Source: Vulcanimicrobiales bacterium
GTDB taxonomy: Bacteria > Vulcanimicrobiota > Vulcanimicrobiia > Vulcanimicrobiales > Vulcanimicrobiaceae
Assembly (NCBI GenBank): GCA_038231455.1
Contig: JBBRLI010000008.1
Location: 32,001 to 96,000 of the forward strand
Length of the DNA stretch: 64,000 bases
Direction: 5' to 3'
This document shows positions 58,384 to 64,000 of the stretch, piece after piece. Each line of letters opens with the position of its first letter. Position 1 is the stretch's first letter. The notes beneath the pieces are model-generated. The model did not search any database and was not told the origin of the DNA. It saw only the letters and a program-made list of their open reading frames with translations. The position numbers and the translations under genes are program-made.

Positions 58384-59214
58384 GTGCTAGGCGCCGGAGC
58401 GATCCGCTTCGGCGCGCAAGGGTGGTCGTACGCCGACTGGGTCGGCCCGATGTACGATGCGGATACGAAGCCCGATCGTTACCTGCGCGCGTACGCACGC
58501 GAATTCAATACGGTCGAGATCGACTCGACGTTTTATGGAACGCCGCCGATCGAACGCGTCGTGCGCTGGTGCGCGACCGTTCCGGCTGACTTTACGTTCG
58601 CAATCAAAGTCCCACGCGAAATCACGCACCAGCGGCACTTGCGCGGATGCGAGCGCGAGACGGCCGAGCTCTTCGCTAGCGCGGCTGCGTTCGGCGAGAA
58701 ACTCGAAGCCGTCCTCGTGCAGCTCGGCCCCGATTTTTCGCCCGATGAATTCGAGGCCTTAGCGGCCTACGTCGCTATCGTCCCCTCCGATGCAATGCGA
58801 ATCGCCGTCGAAGTGCGCGACGTGCGGTGGTTCGAGCCCGCGATGCTGCTACGGCTACGCGATCTGCTCGGGTCGCGCGGCATTGCGCTTGCGCTCTCCG
58901 ATGGCATTTTCGTTCCGCTTGACGCGATGCTCGCCGAGATTGCGGAACCGACGGCGGATTTTTTGTATCTCCGCTGGCTCGGTGCGCGTGATGCCGTTGC
59001 ACGATATCACACCGTGCAGATCGATCGAGCAAACCAGGTCGCACAGTGGGCGACGGCGATCAAGCGCGCCCCGGCGCGAATTCGCCGCGCGACCGGATAT
59101 GTTAACAACCACTATTCCGGACACAGCCCGGCGACGGTGCGCGAGTTGCTCGCGGCGCTTGGCGTGTCGCACGTCCAGCCAAAGCGGATCGAGCAGACGT
59201 CGCTGTTTTCTTAA
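58384..59214 (+). CDS. DUF72 family protein
   Basis: GWSYADW, TVEIDSTFY, KVPREITH, NNHYSG. Confidence 0.88.
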   Translation: MLGAGAIRFGAQGWSYADWVGPMYDADTKPDRYLRAYAREFNTVEIDSTFYGTPPIERVVRWCATVPADFTFAIKVPREITHQRHLRGCERETAELFASAAAFGEKLEAVLVQLGPDFSPDEFEALAAYVAIVPSDAMRIAVEVRDVRWFEPAMLLRLRDLLGSRGIALALSDGIFVPLDAMLAEIAEPTADFLYLRWLGARDAVARYHTVQIDRANQVAQWATAIKRAPARIRRATGYVNNHYSGHSPATVRELLAALGVSHVQPKRIEQTSLFS

Positions 59215-59441
59215 GCCGACGCTTTGAGGCTGGTCTCCACGTCGAGAAATTCAACGATCGTCTCGGGCTGCGGCACTGGCTCGCCGTGTTTGTGAAGGCT
59301 TTCGATATGGTATTTGATCGCGCTCTCGATATTTTCGCGAGCCTCTTCAAGTGTTGCTCCGGCACCGATGCAGCCGGGAAGATCCGGGACTGAGGCACCG
59401 TATCCGGTTCCGGTCCGATCGAAACAAACCGCGTATTTCAT
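59211..59441 (-). CDS. hicB: HicB antitoxin (short form)
   Basis: YGASVPDLPGC...G.TLEEA; ATGA-coupled to hicA. Confidence 0.88.
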   Translation of the reverse strand: MKYAVCFDRTGTGYGASVPDLPGCIGAGATLEEARENIESAIKYHIESLHKHGEPVPQPETIVEFLDVETSLKASA

Positions 59442-59629
59442 TTCAAACCTGCCTGTTTCTGAATTGAAGCCCACATCTTCGGCGAAAGATCGTCGGACTC
59501 TTTACCGGGGAGTGTGACAGTGCGGGGTTTTGAGGGGTGCCGGAACTGGCGATGTGACCCGTTCTGGCGGTCTCTGAACCAGCCGTCTTTGGCGAGGATA
59601 CTGAGGGCTTTCCTGACGGTTGTCGGCAC
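59438..59629 (-). CDS. hicA: HicA mRNA interferase toxin
   Basis: DGW..RQNGSHRQFRHP. Confidence 0.88.
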   Translation of the reverse strand: MPTTVRKALSILAKDGWFRDRQNGSHRQFRHPSKPRTVTLPGKESDDLSPKMWASIQKQAGLK

Positions 59630-59757
59630 TGCTTTCGCTTCTTTCGTCGATGTGTTCTCGACTCACATCGTAGCATTTTGTTCGTGTGAGACTTGAGCGA
59701 AACGAAAGTGGATTCACCTTTGGCGGGCAACAGATTGAACACCGCGAAGCGGCTCCC

Positions 59758-60477
59758 ATGAATCGACTATACGAACGAATTACCCTGACCGTTTGCGCCA
59801 TTGCTTTAAGTGCAATTGCTCTTCATGTCGTCGTGGTACCGCATTCCGCGGAGGCGGCGTCTCGAGCGCCAATTGAAGAACTCACCGTAAAGCGTTTGCG
59901 CGTGGTCGATGCATCGGGCGTCGTGCGCTTGTTGCTTAGCGGAAAGCCACAGCCAGAGGGGATGATCGATGGCAAGGTTCTTTCAAATCCCGGCGAGCCA
60001 CGATCGAGAGCTGGGTTACTCTTCTATAACGAACATGGTGATGAACAAGGCGGGATATCTTTCGAGGGGTCTGATGGTCACCAGAGCGCCAATCTTTCGT
60101 TCGATGCTTGGCACCAAGATCAAGCCCTCGAAATTCAGCATGGCGACAACTCTTCGCAAAGTGATTCGTATATCGCGGGAAACGATCTGCCGAAAGCTTC
60201 AATAGTCAAAACGTCGCCGCTGGTGCTCGAAGCCCTTAAGAAAGCGTCAACGCAAGACGAACGCAACGCAGTCTTTAAAGAGCTGCGTGCCAAAGGCTTG
60301 TATCGAAACCGACGATTTGTTCTCGGGGAAATCAACCACGTTTCTCAACTCGGTTTGAGCGACGATCAGGGACGCGCTCGCATCCGTCTCACCGTTACGC
60401 CCCAAGGCGACGCGGCGATCGAGTTCCTCGACACTGAGGGGAAAGTCGTAAAGACCGTTTCGCCGGCGAACGGTTAA
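59758..60477 (+). CDS. Hypothetical exported protein
   Basis: Signal-anchor; repeated D..G..R.xL beta motifs. Confidence 0.6.
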   Translation: MNRLYERITLTVCAIALSAIALHVVVVPHSAEAASRAPIEELTVKRLRVVDASGVVRLLLSGKPQPEGMIDGKVLSNPGEPRSRAGLLFYNEHGDEQGGISFEGSDGHQSANLSFDAWHQDQALEIQHGDNSSQSDSYIAGNDLPKASIVKTSPLVLEALKKASTQDERNAVFKELRAKGLYRNRRFVLGEINHVSQLGLSDDQGRARIRLTVTPQGDAAIEFLDTEGKVVKTVSPANG

Positions 60478-60565
60478 GGGTTTTGTCGGCCACCCGAGTT
60501 TTTAGCTACCGCGCTCCTCAATCCGACGCCGCGGCGTGGGCTGCATTTCTGTAATTCGGCCCCGC

Positions 60566-61429
60566 TCAGCTAGCGTGAAGATGCGCGAAGACGCGACGGG
60601 AGATCGCAGCGATGCCGGCGTTCCCGGCGCCTTCGTTGCGCAGACCTTTTGTCAGCACCACTAAGATATACGGAATCTCACCGGCCGGATCGACGATCGC
60701 AACGTCGTTACGGACGCCGTCGATTTCACCGGTTTTATTCGCAATCGCGATCCCCCGAGGAACGCCGCGCGGGATCTTCGTGCGGTCTTCCTGTCCGAGC
60801 ATTGTTGCGATCATCGCGCGACATGACGCGACGCTTGCAACCGTGTCGATCCCTTCGCGCGCACCGCGTTCGAGCGCGTGCACGAGCGATCCGAGGTCGC
60901 GGGCGGTAGTGACGTTTTCATTGTGTTTCACGATAGCAAGATAGTCGAGAAAATGCCGTGCGAGTTTGGTGCGCGTCATTCCGGCTGATTGAATGGCCTG
61001 GTTGATCCGCGTAAAGCCAAAATGGGAAATCAGCATGTTCGATGCGCCGTTGTCGCTCTGTTGGATCATGGCTTTGATCAAGAACGCCATCTGGTAATGC
61101 TGGCCGACGCGCGCATAGCCAAGCGACGGCGAGCCGCCAACGAGGTCGCCGGTATTGACGCGTACCGCCGTGTGCGGCGTCGCCGTCCCGTTCTCGTACG
61201 CGTGATAAGCGGTGAGCATGATCGCAAGTTTGATCGTCGACGCTGCCGAGAACCGCTCGTCTTGGCGAATCGTTGCGAGCGGCGGGCCTTCGTCCATCGT
61301 TCGCACGTAGACACTCGTCGTACCCGGGATCTCCGCAATAAGATCCCCGAGCGGAATCGCTGCAGCGTCGGCGCGGTTGGGGAAGGCCAGTGCAGCAAGC
61401 GTGCCGCCGATGAAGAGCGATCGTTGCAT
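60566..61429 (-). CDS. Class A beta-lactamase-like serine hydrolase
   Basis: STIK, SDN and KTG motifs. Confidence 0.85.
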   Translation of the reverse strand: MQRSLFIGGTLAALAFPNRADAAAIPLGDLIAEIPGTTSVYVRTMDEGPPLATIRQDERFSAASTIKLAIMLTAYHAYENGTATPHTAVRVNTGDLVGGSPSLGYARVGQHYQMAFLIKAMIQQSDNGASNMLISHFGFTRINQAIQSAGMTRTKLARHFLDYLAIVKHNENVTTARDLGSLVHALERGAREGIDTVASVASCRAMIATMLGQEDRTKIPRGVPRGIAIANKTGEIDGVRNDVAIVDPAGEIPYILVVLTKGLRNEGAGNAGIAAISRRVFAHLHAS

Positions 61430-61483
61430 GCGTGCCCGTTCGTGCGAGAAGGTCCACGTCCTTGAGACAGAAGCGAGTGCTCG

Positions 61484-62104
61484 ATGATCGGACTTGTATC
61501 ACTTGTCCTAAGCGGCACGCTCTTCGTTGTCGATCCGGGGCACGGCACGCGCTACCCCGATGGTCGATCGCTGAACGTCGGCGCGGTTTCCAAAAGTGGG
61601 ATTCGCGAAGCCGCGGTTACGCTCGCGGTTGGCGAACGGCTTGCGGCATTGCTGCGCGAGCGCGGAGCGAAGGTCGTGCTCACGCGCAGCTTCGCGGAGC
61701 CGTACCGGATTGCGACGAACAAAAATCGCGATAATCGGGCACGTGCGGCACTGGCGAACAAAATCGGTGCGACCGCGTTCATCGCCGTGCACTGCGATGC
61801 ATCGCTCGACCCCCGCGCACGCGGCACGTCGGTCTTTTGGCTTAAGTCAAACGGCGCCGGTCTTGCCAACGCCATCCGTCATCGGCTTGCGCCGCTCGCA
61901 CTTGGCGAGTCCCAGTTTCGCGCCCGCGACCTCGCCGTGACGAGCGAAGCAACCGTGCCGGCGGTCCTTGTGGAACTCGGCTTTATTACCAACCCAACGC
62001 AAGCACGTACGCTTACCGATCCCATTTTTCAAGCGCGCGAAGCGCGGGCGCTCGCGGACGCGCTCGCCGAGCGTTTCGGCGCGCACCCGGAGGCAGCTCA
62101 CTAG
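61484..62104 (+). CDS. N-acetylmuramoyl-L-alanine amidase (Amidase_3)
   Basis: VDPGHG, E, AVHCDA, VLVELGFITN. Confidence 0.88.
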   Translation: MIGLVSLVLSGTLFVVDPGHGTRYPDGRSLNVGAVSKSGIREAAVTLAVGERLAALLRERGAKVVLTRSFAEPYRIATNKNRDNRARAALANKIGATAFIAVHCDASLDPRARGTSVFWLKSNGAGLANAIRHRLAPLALGESQFRARDLAVTSEATVPAVLVELGFITNPTQARTLTDPIFQAREARALADALAERFGAHPEAAH

Positions 62105-64000
62105 TGGCTCTCACACCAAGCGATCTCTATGCGTTCGTCGGCGTCTCCGATCCGAATATCGTGCGCGTGGGTTCGACGGTGTATTACGCGCGCACGACGT
62201 TCGATCGCGCAGCCGACGCGCAGTTCTCGACGATCTGGCGCGTCGATCACGATGCATCGACGGCGCGCGCGTTTACCTCGGGCACCAAAGATCGTCTGCC
62301 GCGGCCATCGCCGACGGGGACGACGCTTGCCTTCGTCGCCGAACGCGATGGTAGCACGCGCATCCATCTCATGCCGACCAGCGGCGGCGAAGCGCGTCCG
62401 CTCGGTGAATCGTACAAGACGGTGACGAGTCTTGTCTGGTCGCCGGATGGCACAAAACTCGCGTTCACCGCGACGACCGCACACGAACCGACGACCGCCA
62501 AGATCTTTCACGACGAGGTCTCCGGAGCGCGACACATTCGCGCGCTACCCTTTAAGAGTGATGACGATGGGTTGCTCGACGGCACGCGCAAACATCTCTT
62601 TGTCTTCGACGTCGCGAGCGGTGCGTGCGAACGCATAACCAGCGGCGACTTCGATGTTAGCGCACCGGCGTGGTCGCCCGATGGTACGCGCATCGCCTTC
62701 GGCGCGTCGATCGGCCTGCCCGAGTGGAGTTTCCGCTCCGACGTCCACGTTGTAACGCTCGCGAGCAAAGCGATCGTCGCGATCACGCATGGCGAAGGAC
62801 AACAGTCCGACCCGGCATTTTCGAACGACGGCGAGCAGATCGCGTTCGTCGGGCATCGACACGGGGATGCGGGCGGTCGGGTCGATACCGAACTCTATGT
62901 CGTTCCGGCAACCGGCGGCGAACCGGTGTCGCTCTCGCCTTCGCGCGGGCGCACGATGGGCTTTGTGATCGCAAGCGATCTCCGCGCAGGCCCGGTAACG
63001 ACGGCTCCCGTCTGGTCGCCTGATGACCGCGAGGTTTTCGTTCTGGTCAGCGATGAAGGCACCACGGCGATCGAAGCGTATCCGCGCGCGGGTGGCGCGC
63101 ATCGGACCGTTGCCGGCGGAGAGCGTGCGGTGGCGGCTTTTTCATGTGCCGATGACGGATCGGTGGCACTCGCTTACGTGACGCCGACGATCCCATGCGA
63201 TCTTGCGCTCGTGCGCGCGGGGCGCGAGACGCGGCTCACGCACGTCAACGACGCACTCCTCGAAGAGAAAGGCGTGATCGCGCCGACACGCCTGCGTCCG
63301 ATGACGCCCGACGGCGTGAAACTTGACTTGTGGATTCTCCAACCGCCACATGCGGAGTCACCACCGCCGTTCGTGCTAGAAGTGCACGGTGGTCCACATG
63401 CTGCGTATGGGTACGCATTCTTCCTAGAATTTCAAATTCTCGCCGCGATGGGATTCGTCGTGGCATACGGTAACCCGCGCGGTGGACAGAGTTACGGCGC
63501 CGCATTCTCCGATGCGATTACCGGCGACTGGGGCGGGATAGACGTTGCCGACGTGCTCACGATTCTCGACGCCGCGATCGCCCACACGAGCCCCGATCCC
63601 AAGCGGATCGGCATCGCCGGCGGCTCGTACGGCGGCTTCATGACGACGTGGTTGCTCGGACATAGCGATCGTTTTGCCGCCGGTGTCTCAATGCGCGCCG
63701 TCAACGATTTTGTCAGCGAAGTCGGCGCCTCGGACCTCGGTTGGTTTTTGGAACCGGAAGTCGGTGCGCCGTACGAAGCCGACATGGGCCGCAAGCTCTT
63801 CGAGAATTCACCGATGCGTGCGGCCGACAAGATTACCGCTCCGCTCCTGGTGGAACATTCCGAACGCGACTATCGCTGTCCGATCGATCAAGGCGAGCAA
63901 CTCTTCACGCTGCTTCGCCGGTTCGGACGCTCGAACGTCGAGTTCGTGCGCTTCACGGGCGACGGGCACAATCTCTCGCGCACCGGCAAACCGCGCAACC
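62104..64000 (+). CDS. S9 family (acylaminoacyl) peptidase, runs off the window end
   Basis: Not in ORF track. GTG at 62104 gives MALTPSDLY; WSPDG propeller repeats, HGGPH, GGSYGG, DYRCP, GH. Confidence 0.88.
   Translation, partial: MALTPSDLYAFVGVSDPNIVRVGSTVYYARTTFDRAADAQFSTIWRVDHDASTARAFTSGTKDRLPRPSPTGTTLAFVAERDGSTRIHLMPTSGGEARPLGESYKTVTSLVWSPDGTKLAFTATTAHEPTTAKIFHDEVSGARHIRALPFKSDDDGLLDGTRKHLFVFDVASGACERITSGDFDVSAPAWSPDGTRIAFGASIGLPEWSFRSDVHVVTLASKAIVAITHGEGQQSDPAFSNDGEQIAFVGHRHGDAGGRVDTELYVVPATGGEPVSLSPSRGRTMGFVIASDLRAGPVTTAPVWSPDDREVFVLVSDEGTTAIEAYPRAGGAHRTVAGGERAVAAFSCADDGSVALAYVTPTIPCDLALVRAGRETRLTHVNDALLEEKGVIAPTRLRPMTPDGVKLDLWILQPPHAESPPPFVLEVHGGPHAAYGYAFFLEFQILAAMGFVVAYGNPRGGQSYGAAFSDAITGDWGGIDVADVLTILDAAIAHTSPDPKRIGIAGGSYGGFMTTWLLGHSDRFAAGVSMRAVNDFVSEVGASDLGWFLEPEVGAPYEADMGRKLFENSPMRAADKITAPLLVEHSERDYRCPIDQGEQLFTLLRRFGRSNVEFVRFTGDGHNLSRTGKPRN

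Noticed and set aside
60566-61429. Bona fide resistance beta-lactamase
   Set aside because: Motifs only support the family; no clear omega-loop ExxLN; sits next to a cell-wall amidase

Overview
GC-rich bacterial chromosomal window with no rRNA, tRNA, CRISPR array or intact mobile element that I could recognise. Its core (about 28.4-57.7 kb) is an anoxygenic type II photosynthesis gene cluster: a crtP/Q-like desaturase plus crtB, pufBALMC with an abutting Crp/Fnr regulator, bchFCXYZ-dprA-pyp-hemL-phhB, and convergent bchNB-bchG-bchP-pnuC-nadR-like-hlyIII-small membrane protein. A stand-alone CuA cupredoxin lies next to it. The LH alpha/beta peptides resemble Chloroflexota antennae, and no puhA, bchL or bchHDI is in the window. 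This combination fits the phototrophic Eremiobacterota/Vulcanimicrobiota (WPS-2); that assignment is inference from recalled family features, not a database result. Notable details read from the sequence: (1) matching Crp-type palindromes at class II promoter spacing before the bch operons, and a related one before puf; (2) unusual reaction-centre residues (Asp at M182, Phe at M210); (3) a photoactive yellow protein inside the cluster; (4) a cyanobacterial/Chlorobi-type phytoene desaturase; (5) genes apparently starting at CTG or ACG. The flanks carry signalling, folate, peptidase, toxin-antitoxin and cell-wall genes. Residue numbering comes from by-eye alignment to remembered reference proteins.
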